The notes below the pieces were generated by a model. That model did no database searches and was not told the origin of the DNA. It was given only the letters and a program-made list of their open reading frames with translations. The translations under genes and the position numbers were made by a program. From assembly GCA_026936335.1 (NCBI GenBank), contig JAPMXV010000025.1, positions 62,001 through 126,000 of the forward strand: a DNA stretch of 64,000 nt. The letters run 5' to 3'. Positions 1 through 14,279 of this stretch are shown here, piece by piece. The DNA comes from Mantamonas sphyraenae STR306. Taxonomy: Eukaryota > Protista > CRuMs. Within the stretch, counting starts at the first letter, position 1; each line of letters begins with the position of its first letter.

Positions 1-3000
1 AGCCACACTGCACCCTGATCCACCTGTCGCGTGTCGGGATCCTGTGCAATTTCGTCGCCCACCACCAGCATCTGCGCGTGGGCGTTGTACACCATTTCGT
101 ATCCAAACCTACCGCGCAACACATTGCCGGGCGCACGCAGGGGATGATCCAGCACCTGGTCCAGTCCATAGTTCAGTGCGCCTCCCGTGTTGCGTCCAAA
201 CACAAACACCTTGCCCATCCCATCGTCATCGTACGCTGCCACAAACACTTGGTCCTCACTCATGCCCACACGCCAACCAAACCTACCCGCTGGCGATCCC
301 AACGGGTTGTTCAGCACCTTGATGATGCCCCATGCGTTTGTGCTCGGTGTGTTGCGATGCATGATTGTCACAACGCCGTCGTTCTGCGTGCTCCGTTCCG
401 GAAACGGTGTTCCGGCAATGATCTGCGACAGTTCCGCCGCATTCGGGTCGCCTGCAACCATCCAATCGCCAAAGCCAGCCAGGGAGTAGCACACCGTACC
501 TGTGCCCGTGACAGGTGTCACCGTGCTGACAAAGTCGTACGAGCCGGTGGCGCCGCGAAGATAGGCCAGGCAGGCACCCACGTTTGAGTCCCAGTACCTG
601 CCAGCACCTGCCATCATCCAATCACGCATCAAATACAGTCCCTCTTCGCCAAACTCGGTGTCTGGGCCCGGTGTGTAGGCAGGCACGGCGCCGGGGAGCA
701 CCGTTTGCAAATGTTCAAAGCTGCCGTCCGCCTGACGTTCCCACAGGATGACTTCCCCTGTGACGTCGTCGGAGCCACGGGAGCCTGCTGCAAGTACGTT
801 ATAGTCTGCATACAGATTTTGTCCAAGGACGTCGCTTGTGGTGGGCGGGCGCGTGAGGTTCATGGTCTGTTCGTACTGAATGTCCAGCGTGCGTGCAGGC
901 ACGGTGGAGGATACGCCGTCGTTGTAGCTGACAGTGACAGCCACTGCACCCGCAGCGGTCTCGTCCAGCCGGTCAGCAGGGCCTGTGAAGCACACGCCCA
1001 TGGTGCTGTTGACCACACGCATCATGCCTGATGCATACACACTGTTGCTACCGTAGTTGCATCGCGGTGCTCGATGCAGTGCTGTGTCCCCTGTGGGGAA
1101 CCCTGTGCCCGTCACCGTCACCAGCGAGCCGCCCTGGATGTACGTCGCGGTCGTCAACATTCCCGTCGCACTGATGGGCGCATAGAAGTACACAGTCGCC
1201 ACATGGGTGCCATACGGCAATGCATGTGATCCCTCGGCTGGGATGAACACATCTGCATACCCTGCTGCTCCAGACGGCGACGCGGGCGCGGTACACGTGA
1301 TTATCTGCGCACTCACTCGCGTGCAAGTCACGTCCGTGTGGGCGTTGGTTTGTTGCGAGCGGAACCGCACAGTGGGTGTGGCCGCTGCAGGGAAGCGAGC
1401 ACCATACAGAGTCACTGTGGCCCCTCCTGCCTGGGGCACCGTGTCGGGACGCACCGCACGCGGTCTCCAGCTGCATTGTGTGCTGCACGACCACGTTTGT
1501 GTGTTGACACACTCATTGCTTGCACAGTTGGGACTCAGTTCTGTGTCGGGTTGGGGTGTGGGGGGCCAGGAAAGCAGTGTGTGTGAGCGCCGGAGGAATG
1601 TTTTTCTACGAATGGAAGGAAAAGATGTCCGCCCCCCGTTCATGAGCTGCCATACACACAAACTTACCAAACAGTCGTGTCACGTTGTTGTTATCTGCTG
1701 TTGTGCTCACGAGGATGCTCTGTGAGGTAAAGTGCACATGGTGAGGCGCTCCGGGCACCGATTCGCTGTGAACACGCGTCCAGGAAGTCGCGTTTGCACG
1801 TGCATAGACTGTGGTGCGGGGTGTTGAGTGTCAGTTGGGTGCGATGGTACGTTTGCGGCCCATGTTTGCACACGATGGGTGCGGTGGTGCCGTTAACAAG
1901 CGTCGCTGTGGACGTGTTTGCAGGAAAGGAAGTTTCAAACTAACCCATGACGCGAGTGTTGCTCGACACAGAAATCTGTGACAAAACGGCCACGGTGTCC
2001 TGCTCGTTCACGGCTGTGTACAGGGCCCAGTTGGTGTCATTGACCTCTGCTGCAAGTGCACTGTAACGTGCCACCAGTGCGAATGGGCTGTGCAGGGTGT
2101 CGTTGCGCTCGTACACAAAGAATTTGCCGTCGAGGGAGCCAACGACGGCAACGCGCGCATTCGAGGAGACGCTCCCGCCAAAAAAGTACGACTTGTTCGG
2201 GGTCCTGTCCGGCTGCTCAAGCACCTGATAGGGTTCGGTGCTCTGTTGTACGGCGCCCTGTGTGGTCACCACATGCACGGTGCCGTACCTTTGGTCGGTT
2301 TTCTGGCCAGCAAACGCGGCGCTGACCAACAGCACGCCGGGTGCCCAATGGGTGCGCACACCGTAACGCATGCCGGGCACACGCAGCATGGGACGCAACA
2401 GACGCACATAGGTCAGTTGGCCACTGGCCTGCACCGTGTACACAGCCACGGTGCCATAGCCATTAAAGTCGTTGTTCAAGTTGCCTTCTGCCCGGTTGGC
2501 GTCCTGGTCGGCACTCACGTACAATGTGTCGTACGCCATGGTCATCCACACTCCAAAGTCGGCCGTGGCACTCAGGCCATCGGGGGGCATGGCCCTCCAG
2601 CGAGGTGCCGTTGACCCAACTGGTCAGGGTCAGGCTGGAGTTGCGCGCAAACACGTACACAAGTCCATTTGCGGTGCCTGTGCCTGCACTCACTGCCAGC
2701 CACTTGCTACCCAGGGCCACACTCTTACCAAACCCGTCGGGGCCCCCCGCGGGCGACTCTGGTTTCCCCAGAGTCGCCCCGTACGCGTAGTGCGTTCCGT
2801 TCCATGGATAGGTGTACACACGTCCCACCCCTGAAGTCAATGCATCGTTGTACGATGCGCCCACCACCAGCATATCTTCGTCTGCAGAGTGGGCCAACCC
2901 AAATCGGCTGTGAATCGAGAGCGTTTCAGGCGGTGTCACCTCGACGGCCGCCGCGCTCACAACCCCAATACAAGCTGCTGCCAACAGCAACATGGCTGCG

Positions 3001-3011
3001 CATGTCCACAT
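1..3011 (-). CDS. Secreted/cell-surface protein: signal peptide, FG-GAP (integrin-alpha-like) propeller repeats, two IPT/TIG-like domains, then further FG-GAP repeats; 3' end runs off the window
   Basis: Signal MLLLAAACIGVVSA; repeats RFGLAHSA..LVVGAS, FGKSVALG, FFGGSVSS..VVGS in ORFs 2463-3089 and 1940-2590 (joined by a 1-nt shift in a C6 run at ~2585). A long minus-strand frame from ~1500 towards 1 (not in the ORF track, spot-checked) encodes PDTVPQAGGATVTLYGARF and QGGSLVTVTGTGF (IPT-like) then further propeller repeats. GT-AG introns near 1905-1944 and ~1590-1668; joining into one gene is inferred. Confidence 0.62.
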
Positions 3012-3161
3012 GTGTGTGGATCGCTGCCTACTGTGAAGCACCTGCATGGATGGCTTTCCTTGAAATCCAGGAATGTTTTTTGTTGCCAAATCCGCGCAAT
3101 CTCTCTCGTTGTCACCTCCGCGCTTCCCACTCCACGATCAATTCCACTCAGGTCCCATCCA

Positions 3162-5078
<1,917 letters not shown>

Positions 5079-5104
5079 TTACCAAACACCCAGGCATCCG
5101 CAAC

Positions 5105-5952
5105 ATGCACCTGTCCCCCGCCATCAAAGCCAAGTTGGGTGCGGGAGGACGTGCTCGGAGCAACAGCAGTGCCAGTCAGGCATTGCGAAGAGGCTCCACG
5201 GCCTCCCACGCCTCACGCTTGTCTGGCCGCCGTGGATCCACTGCCTCTCGCGTTAGCAACAGCGGCGGTTCCGTCGTTTCCAACCTTCGACAGCATCATT
5301 CGTCAGGTTCCAGTGCATTGGGAGTGGATCACAGCAACTCGGGAGATGGTGCGTTGTCCCACCCCGTGCTCCGTTCAACCGCCGGCTTCATTCTCAACAC
5401 CGCCCCCCCCCAACCCGCTGTATGGCTCACACAATGCCCCATCATGATCACCTGGAACTCGTATGCACACAGATGGTCGTTCTGTCGGAGCTGGTTCCCA
5501 AATGACCGCAGGCTCGTCTTTGAGCAAGGCCGTGGGGCGATTTAAGAAGCAGTCCGTTTGAGACCGTTTGAGCGCGCGGGTCCCACCCACACCAGAGCTT
5601 CATCAGTCACTCACACACCATGGAAACACACACACACACACACACACACACATGCACACACACGTCCCCACCCCACATCCACCGAAATCTGCGTCTTTCG
5701 TCTTGGATCACCCACAGACGTTCAACGGGGTCAAGCGAACGCAAAGGCAGCGGCAGGGTAAGTTCAGGATCCGGGTATGGGGCCACAACACATGGACGAC
5801 TCACGAACAATCCATGGACCATTGCCACATGCACCACCTGTGCGTCGCACCCACCGATCCACAGGAGCTCATGGTTATGCAGCAGAAACTGGACAAGCTG
5901 GAAACGGAGAACGCGCGCTTGAAGCGTGTCGACGAGGTAGGGAACCACCGTG

Positions 5953-5994
<42 letters not shown>

Positions 5995-8830
5995 ACAGTC
6001 TCACACCTTCACACCTCATCCCCTGAGGGGTTTTTGCGTCGTGCCCACGCAGGAGTTGGCGATAATGCGCACGAAAGCAGAGGCGTTGGAGTCGGAACGA
6101 GACGACCTGTACGTGAAGATCTCCAACCTGAACAGCAACCACAACCGTCGCCTGGTGTCCTACCAGGAAGAGGTGCGTGAGTTGACCAACCAAAACCAGG
6201 ACATGCACTTCAAAGTGGAGCGCATCAACCAGGTGGAAAACGGCATCATCGAGTTCTTCCTGGATGTCAAGGATCGAAGTGCCGACCCTGAAAAGACCGA
6301 CTTTCGCCAGGAACGCGAGGAGTTGCGCAAACTCAACCCATTGGTGGTGCTGGATTATGCACGTGCCAACCTGTCCAACCTCATGGCATTCAAAGAGTCG
6401 TACGAGAACGAACTGCGCGGGGAGCTGGCACGGAAGAAGGACGAAAACGAAGAGACGATTGCCAAGCTGCGCAAGGAGAACCACGCAGTGAGCAAAACGG
6501 CGGTGGAGGCCAAGCAAAAGGCAGAGGTGTACCTGAAGCAGTTGCAGGAGATGGAATACTACAAGAACGAGATGATGCGGGAGTCGGAACAGGTGATTGG
6601 CGACCTGCAGCGTGACAACCAGGAGCTGATCAACCTGTTGCGTGAGAAGGAACAGACACTGAACAGCATGCACAGCGAGACGGAAAACAGGGATTCGTAC
6701 ATCAAACACCTGCAGCAGCGCAACCAGCAGATCAAGACACTGCAACAGCAGTTGGAAAACACACGCACGTTCCACACCTCGGAGATCCAGAAGCTAAAGG
6801 TGGCCCACGGGGTGGAATTGGACGAGATGAAGCGCAAATTGTCACGGATGAGCATGAGTGTGCACGCCAGGGACAAGCTGGAGGAGCGGTACAACGAGGC
6901 ACAGGACATCATTCGGCAGCTGAAGCAGAACACGTTCCAACAGAGTGTGGAGGCCATGGAGAAGCGCATGGAGCAGGCAGTGCGTGCGGAACATAGGCTA
7001 CGTGAGGAAGTGGCCACCTTGCAGGAGGCCAACAAGGCGCAGGAGAGGCAGTTGCACCAACTCAAGACAGTCAACGAACGGTTGCGTGCCAACGAAACAC
7101 AGGTGAATCGCATGCGCAAGCAGCTGATCAAGGACAGGGAGACCACGTACAAGGAGATGCTGCGTCGGGCGTGGGAGGATTCGCCAAGCATCCAAATCTA
7201 CAAAGACAAGCTGGCAGATAGGGAGCGTGAGATCGATTCGCTCAAGGAGAAGCTGCACCAGTATCTGTCGACGGAACAAGAAGAAGACGCAACTGGTGCG
7301 CAGGTATCAGTTGGAGCGTAAGGAGTACGAAGGCAAGATTGCGGCGTTGAAAGGCGAAGGTGGACCCGGGGCAGCTGCGGCCGCGGGGGCCATGCGACCC
7401 ATGAGCGCACGCGGACCGCGCATTCGTGTGGTGCACACCAACGCACGTCACAAGCGCAGAAGAAGCCCAGGCGACCACGCACGGCAGCAAGCACACGATC
7501 GACAGCAAGTGCCCCTGTGGCTGGGGAAAGCAGCAGCAGCATGAGTGGCGGTGGAGGAGGAGACCAGAGGGAACGACGTGTGACCATTGGCAGGGCACGA
7601 TCGAGGTCGATGGCAGACGAGGATGACGATGATGTGGATGAGGACGAGGATGGTGAGATGACGATGATGGGAGGCAGCAGTGGAGCAGGCGGAGAACGAC
7701 GAGAGGGCGAATCGTCCACGTCTGGGTCATGGTCGGCACCAGGCATGGCAGACAGTATGAGTGACAGTGAGGGAGACAGTGACGAGGACGACGACGAGGG
7801 CTTTGTCTCCCTGAACGAGTTGGATCAGGTGTACCAGCTGGAGAAGGAGAACGAACAGCTGACGGCGAGGATGCAACAGATGAACACCATGCGCAGTGCA
7901 GCCATGGGACTGGTGTCGTCGTACTCGCGTCTGGTGGACTCGACTGTGAGTGACAAGGAGTTGCGTGTGCCCACCGATCCCATCGAAGTGGCCACCAAGA
8001 TGGTGGAACTCAACACCCTCCTGTCTGCCCCCTCGTTTGGTCTGCGCCAACAGTTTACATACGACCGCAAGCGCAACCGGGGCAAGATTGAACAGAGCAC
8101 AAAGGAGTTTGCGCAGCTCGTGGGATCCGGAGGTGCAGCCGCGGCGTCCTTTGACACGGACAACAGCAACACCTCCGGCGATGGAGGACAAAGCAGCAGT
8201 GGCAGCAACAACAGCAACAACAGCAACAGCAGCAGCAACACATATAATAACAAGAGCAAGGAGGAGGGCAAGGACAGTCATTCGGTCCCTAGGGAGAAGG
8301 AACAGAGCAGCAGGGAAAGCGAGGAGGAAGACGCCGAGTCGCACGGCAACGGCAAAGGGCTGACAACACCTTCAGGCACACCAAAGACACGTCACATGCG
8401 TGCACTTGGTGCAGCAGCCATGGTGGGCATCCAGGGACGAGCCCGCGCTCGCAAGTCGCTGGCAGAATCGGGTCTGTCTGAAGGCGGCAGTGTGGATTTG
8501 AGCGAGGACAGCAGAGAGGTGGTGCGCCACGAGGTGGCCACACACAGTGACACCTACCAACGGTTCCGTGAAGAGAGCGGTGGTGCCAAAGGAGGCCCAC
8601 CCAAGAGCCCGCGGCCCGGATCGTCGGACGGAAGCCGACAGCAGCAGCAGCAGGCGCAGAAGCAGCAACAGGTGGAGGAGCATATGGATACAAAGATGGG
8701 CCACGGGGCATCTCGGTTTGAACTGGCCAAGCAGCGACACTTGGAGAGCACTGTGCCGATTCCGAGGCGCAATCGGGTGATGAACCGCGGCGGAACGATG
8801 AGCACGCTCAAGGTGGGCACCTTGCAATGA
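5105..8830 (+). CDS. Long coiled-coil protein with S/G/E-rich disordered termini, function unknown
   Basis: Heptad-rich ORFs (5777-7321, 7227-7544, 7517-8830), with (CA)n introns at ~5550-5720 and 5937-6052. Frame breaks at ~7273 and ~7440. Start codon and exon joins are uncertain. Confidence 0.55.
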
Positions 8831-8906
8831 ATGACACCATGGGAGACGCCCCCCGTCCGTCAACTGTGTTGGTTGTGAATGTTGGTGTGTGTGGTGTTCA
8901 TTGCGC

Positions 8907-11063
8907 TCACATGTCGGCAATGGTGATGTAGGGTGACTTTTTCAGCTCGGGTCTCTGGAGGTAGTCCCGCTTGGGCAGGTTGGGATAGAAGTAGAGGAGT
9001 TGGCTTTGCTGGCGAATGACATCGCTGAGCTTCTTCTTGTCGCCAGCGTAATCAATGGTACGCAGGAGCAGGTTGAGGACCTGGCCCGACTCTTCGTCCA
9101 CGTAGGCAATGGCAAACTGGCCGGCACGGGTGGCGCTGAAGCGAACGATAAAGTTGCCCGGCTTGATGTGATCCTGTGTGAGCATGGACTGTGCGGTTTC
9201 ACGGTCAATGAACCCGTGCACCAGCACGTCGTCGTGGCCTGTCCACAGGTCGTTGATCTTCTCCACACTCTTCTTGACATAAAAGTACCAGCTCCAGAAC
9301 TTCTGAAACACCTTTTTGCTCAGCACAAAATCCAGTTGCTGCTCTTCGCTCTCGTTGCTCACGTGTCCCTCTTCGGTCTTGCGTCGCTTGGCAGCCGAGG
9401 TCACCGTGCGAAGATCGCTGCCGACGCTGCCGCCGCCTCCCCCGCTGGCCTTGTCCTTGAGCTGCAGGATGTAGTTGGCCAAATACATGAGATCCTTGCT
9501 GCTGAGGTCTCTCTGTGGCGATTGCTTCTTGAAATCCTTGAAGAGGACCTGTGCGAGGTCACTCCAGCGACAGGTATCCGACCCATGCCGGAACCCTTTG
9601 CCGGCCATGTTCCACACAAGGTCACCGGTGCCCTTTTCGTAGAACTGAGCCAGTTGCGACGAGTGTGTGCCCACCTTGACTGCAATCAGACCGTCATCGT
9701 CTGACCCCACCGTGCCCCGCAGTGTGGTGGCCAACACCACCTCTGCCTGGCTGTCTGCATTGGCCACCACCTCAAAGGACATGTAAAAGTCCTGCTGCCG
9801 TTTGCTGTCCAGGATCTTTAGCTTTTCAAAGCTCACGTCGTGGCTTTCCAACGGCTCCACGTGGCCACTCAGCTTCTTGCCCTTGCACACCTTCTTCTTG
9901 GGATCGTACAACACCCCACGCACATGCAACTGGTCAAACTTGCTCTTGTCGCCATGCACCACCACGCGGAAGGGCGGATCGTTGATGTTGTGACCCTTGA
10001 TCACCATGCGGTTGCACCGTTCCACCACCTGCACTGCAATCGGTCCCTCCTCACGCACAGCTGCCATTCCAACGCCCGTCGAAGTGCCACTGCTGCTGCT
10101 GCTGCTGCTGCTGCTGCTTGACGATGCAGCTGACTCTCCCGAGGGCACAAGGGGTAAGGGTTCCACCTGAAGAAGGGATGCAGAAGAGGAAGACGATGAT
10201 GATGATGATGATGATGAGGAGGAGGAGGAGGAGGAGGAGGAGAAGAAGAAGTCATGGTGCTGTGGCCATGGATGGGCACTGTGGGCCCGCCTTCGAGATC
10301 CATGGAGCGAGAGGAGGAGGAAGCGATGAGATCCTGGTTTGGCGCGAAACACGCAAAGTCAGCACGGGAGGAGTACTGGGACAACGCAAACGAGACAGAC
10401 TGGATGCAAAGGGAGGAGATGGCAATGAAGGGATGGATGCACACATACCTGCATGCCACGCTCGTCAAACGACTCGCCCAGCCCAAGGGAGAACTCGGAC
10501 GCGAGCGGTTGCCTGACATCTGAGCCAGCACTGCTGCTCAAGGTGGCGGCAAGGGGCTGCGAGTACAGATTCAGAAACGCTTCAGCTTCTTGGCTATGGG
10601 CCGAGTTGGAAAGAACGGGGGAATGCGAGGTGAGGAGGAGAGCGGGGACGCGGGTAGTGGGAGGGGGCGAGTGGTGTCAGAGGGCGGAAGGTGGAGGGAT
10701 GGGGGTTTGAGAGGCTGCAGCAGGCAACAAGGAGAGACACATCACGAGGACAGAAAGGCACGTACATGAGAGCAGAGTCTGTGTGTTCGTTTGCACTGCA
10801 GCAATGCGTGTGGACATGGATGGTGGCACAAGGAGGTGAGTGTGTGGGAGTAACCGATTGCCAACGAGGTGTGAGAGGGGTGGCGGGGGAGGGGAATGGG
10901 GTGAGGCATGAGGAACATACAGAGACGCAGCAGCTGGGATGTCATTGTTTGTGTACTGGAACTCATTGAGATCTGCATCCCAGTTTGCAGATGCAACGGA
11001 CTGGTCGTCGGGGGTCCAGTCTTCGTCGTCCATGTCTCGTTTGCGGTGGCATCCACCGCGCAT
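8907..11063 (-). CDS. STAT: STAT-family transcription factor (DNA-binding domain, linker, SH2, C-terminal Tyr)
   Basis: Linker W-SDLAQVL..RDLSSKDLMYL..FQKFWSWY; SH2 VHGFIDRETAQSML..PGNFIVRFSATRAGQFAIAY; YFYPNLPK; terminal KKSPYITIADM. GT-AG intron at ~10378-10449 and a frame slip in the poly-Ser tract. The 5' end (11063) is tentative. Confidence 0.85.
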
Positions 11064-11273
11064 GGTGCACTCCATCAATGGGAGGAAAGGAAATGGGGGA
11101 ATGGAAGGGAGGATGTGCTGGAGTGGAGGCACACGCAGGCAGTGGGAACGCGGGACATGGCGCGAATGAACCAACCTGTCGCAGCGACTCTGACCACACA
11201 CACGCAGGGCAAAGAAGCCACCTGTGGAAAGAGGAAAGCCAGGGAATCACAAACGGGGAGGCGAAGAACACAA

Positions 11274-12444
11274 ATGTCGCAGTCGTCGAGTGCATACGTG
11301 ACAAGCAACACAAGCAAGGATGTGCAGGAAGAGGTGGCGAAGCAACTGAGCAAGGACCTGCGCACACACATTCGCAACCTGCACATTACGAGATGTTTTC
11401 GAAGGAGTGGAACGTGATGTGCGAGTCACTGTCGAGTCTGGCATCGATTGCATGGGTGGAGAACGAAAAGCATGGCGAGGAGATGGAGGAGGGCACGCTG
11501 TGGGAACGGGACGAGTTGGCAATTCGCTTCATTTTGGAGGAGGGCAAACTGAACATGTGCACACGCCTCATGGCCTCTTTCAAGGAGTTTAAGGACTCGT
11601 TGAGTGACGACAGTGGGACGCTGGACAAGCTTGCACGTGAGCACGGGACAAGCGTGGGTTCGTTGCAAAGCAGGATGCAGCTCTTTGAGACGTCGCTGGG
11701 CCAGCTGCTGCGTTGTGCCTACCAAAGCGTGGAGAGCATGCAAACCATCGATCTGGACGAACTGTTGGGCCATACAGTGCGTGTGATGGAACACTGGGTC
11801 AACGTGGGGGTCAAGGAAAAGCTACTTCTTCTCGAAAGTGGGCAAGAACTGCTGGTGCTGACTTACCTGGGTGGAGTGGGACGGCACATCGACGACATCA
11901 ACACCGAACGAGTGTGTGAACTCTTCCAGAGCAAGAGCATGGGAAAGACCCTGTTGGCCTTTCTGCAGGTCATGGAGGGGCATCTCAAGACGATGCAGTG
12001 GCTAGCCCTTGGCGATTTTCTCCAGGGCATCATGAGCACGGACGAGTATGCCACCCACCCGGTAGGTTGGGTTGGAGGAGAGGCAGAGAGAGAGGGAGGA
12101 AGGGGGGGGAAAGGGGAGGAGGAAGGGGACGAGGGGACGGAACAAGACGAACGCACTGACACGAGGGCCACCCATTGCCCACTCTCTACGCACACCACAC
12201 AGGACCACTTCTTCACCGAAGAGGAGGATCAGAAGGCACTGTGGGAAGTGTATCGTAGGTGCCGACGGGATTGGGTGGGATAGGGGAGCTTGGCGAAGGT
12301 GTACTGACACACACGGGCCCACAAACACGGCACACAGGCACACACGTGGCCGAGTTTGCCTCGCAAAGCAAGAACAGAAAGCGATGGAAAGCCATGATCA
12401 GGGAGATGGAGCGATTTGAACTCGAGTTTGACGAAGATTTTTGA
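11274..12444 (+). CDS. Uncharacterised alpha-helical protein
   Basis: Coding-like stretch MFSKEWNVMCESL..EGTLWERDELAIRFILEEGKLN; GT-AG intron ~12062-12202; frame breaks near 11385 and ~12260. Confidence 0.55.
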
Positions 12445-12729
12445 AGAGAAGATTCTCGGTCATTGCATTCTTCAACCCCGGCGAGCCTCTGTACGAAAAC
12501 ACAGCGGGAAGGGAGGGGAGCACGCGTGTGAGTGGCAATACATGGGGCATTGGGGCATGGCACAGACTAGGGTGGGTGGGATGGGGCCACGTGTGTGTGT
12601 GCATGCGTGCACGCCCAGGCAGGCGCGAGAGAGGGGAAAGGGCGCGGAATCGAGGCGGCTCGAACGCGACGTTTTCGGGGCACTGGACGGCGCCACAGCC
12701 TTTGAAAGACAGTGGCTGTGGCATCCATC

Positions 12730-12963
12730 TCACCGCATGGAGCATGCAAGTGCAGACATGGGACCAACGCGGTGTGGAGATGGTGCATGGACGACGGGAG
12801 GGCGAAACGGAAACACGCCGAAAAACGTACTGCGGCGCTGGGCCTCGGCCACGTAGAAGTTCTCCAGCTCAGCCTTGCGGTTGTCGTTCCACGACTTCCA
12901 GGCCAGGCCGGCACCCACGCCCAGGACGAGGGCTGTAGAAATCTCTTGAATCACAGACGGCAT
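12730..12963 (-). CDS. Small single-TM cytochrome c oxidase subunit (plant COX5C / Dictyostelium subunit VII type)
   Basis: MPSVIQEISTALVLGVGAGLAWKSWNDNRKAELENFY resembles the PSVVKEI..GLALGLAAGGLWK..FY pattern. The 3' end is uncertain (possible GT intron at ~12830). Confidence 0.6.
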   Translation of the reverse strand: MPSVIQEISTALVLGVGAGLAWKSWNDNRKAELENFYVAEAQRRSTFFGVFPFRPPVVHAPSPHRVGPMSALACSMR

Positions 12964-13036
12964 TGTATCGATGTGGTGATGTGTTTGGGTGTGTGCGCAG
13001 GGGCAGCCACCTCCAACCACCCTCCCCCTTGTTCAC

Positions 13037-14098
13037 ATGCCCCCCCACACTCTGGTGTTGGGCCTGTTTGCCCTGGTGGTGACCTTGATGGCTGTGCCAG
13101 ACTCGAGCCCACGGCTGCCTGTGGTGGATCTGCAGAGCAAGGACACAAGCTCCCTGCTTCACGCCTGCACCTCGTCGGGGTTCTTCTACCTGGCCAACCA
13201 CGGCATCAACCACACATTTGTCAGGAGATTGCGTGCTGCATCCGATGCCTTCTTTGAACTGCCTCGTGAGCGCAAGGAAGCAATCGCCATGGTGCACGGG
13301 GGCCCGGCCTGGCGAGGCTGGTTCCCTATGGACGGGGAGATGACTTCCGGCCGCGCAGACCACAAGGAAGGCCTGTATCTGTCTCGTCACGAACCCAATC
13401 GTGCAGGACAGCGCTTTCTGGGTGCCAATCTGTATCCAGAGTGTCTGCCGGGAGACTCGGAGGCCCTGTGCGAGCTGCCAAGGTTGCTGGAAGAGTACAT
13501 GGCAGCCACTGAAAAGGTGGGCATGGCCTTGGTGGGCCAACTGGGTCGGGCACTGAACCATTCATTGGATGGATACTTTGGCAATGAGCCGACTCTGTTG
13601 ATGCGAGTGTTCCGGTATGCACCGGATGTGTGGGGGGCACAGGAGAACGAATTTGGGGTTCAGGAACACACAGACTATGGTGGAGTGACTCTGCTTCTGC
13701 AGGATGACACAGGAGGGTTGCAAGTGAAACACAAGCAGCATGGATGGATTGATGCACCCCCGTTGCATGGAGGTGATGGTCCATTGCTGGTGATCAACCT
13801 GGGGGACATGCTCGAACGCCTCACACATGGTCTTCTGCGTTCCACTCTGCATCGAGTGCGCAATCGGTCGCCCCACAAGCATCGCTACAGCTTCCCTGTG
13901 TTTGTCGACCCGTGTCTCGCCTGCACCATTGTCCCCTTGCCAAGGGAGAGCTTGGACATTCCTGCGGGCCACAACGCCAAGTACGAGCGTTGGGATGCAG
14001 CAGATGTTCTCTCCTTACCTGAGGACATGCAGTATGGCCAGTACTTGTACAGCAAGGTTGTCAAGGTGTTCCCTGCACTTGCCAGCGCGGTGGTGTGA
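13037..14098 (+). CDS. 2OG-Fe(II) dioxygenase, isopenicillin-N-synthase-like family, intronless
   Basis: LPVVDL, GFFYLANHGI, HTDYG (HxD), INLGDMLERLT..STLHRV, RYSFPVF (RxS). Confidence 0.92.
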   Translation: MPPHTLVLGLFALVVTLMAVPDSSPRLPVVDLQSKDTSSLLHACTSSGFFYLANHGINHTFVRRLRAASDAFFELPRERKEAIAMVHGGPAWRGWFPMDGEMTSGRADHKEGLYLSRHEPNRAGQRFLGANLYPECLPGDSEALCELPRLLEEYMAATEKVGMALVGQLGRALNHSLDGYFGNEPTLLMRVFRYAPDVWGAQENEFGVQEHTDYGGVTLLLQDDTGGLQVKHKQHGWIDAPPLHGGDGPLLVINLGDMLERLTHGLLRSTLHRVRNRSPHKHRYSFPVFVDPCLACTIVPLPRESLDIPAGHNAKYERWDAADVLSLPEDMQYGQYLYSKVVKVFPALASAVV

Positions 14099-14279
14099 TC
14101 GAGAACCTGAGAATGAACAAACTTGAACTTGGGACAATCGGAGTGCAGGGTGGCACACCTGTGTTGAGGAAGGTATTGGTGGATGCATGACACATGATGC
14201 TGAACCCACTGAAACACACACACACTCCCGCGCAGATGGATCCAAAACAATTCCAACAGAATCTCTCACACTGAGGAGA

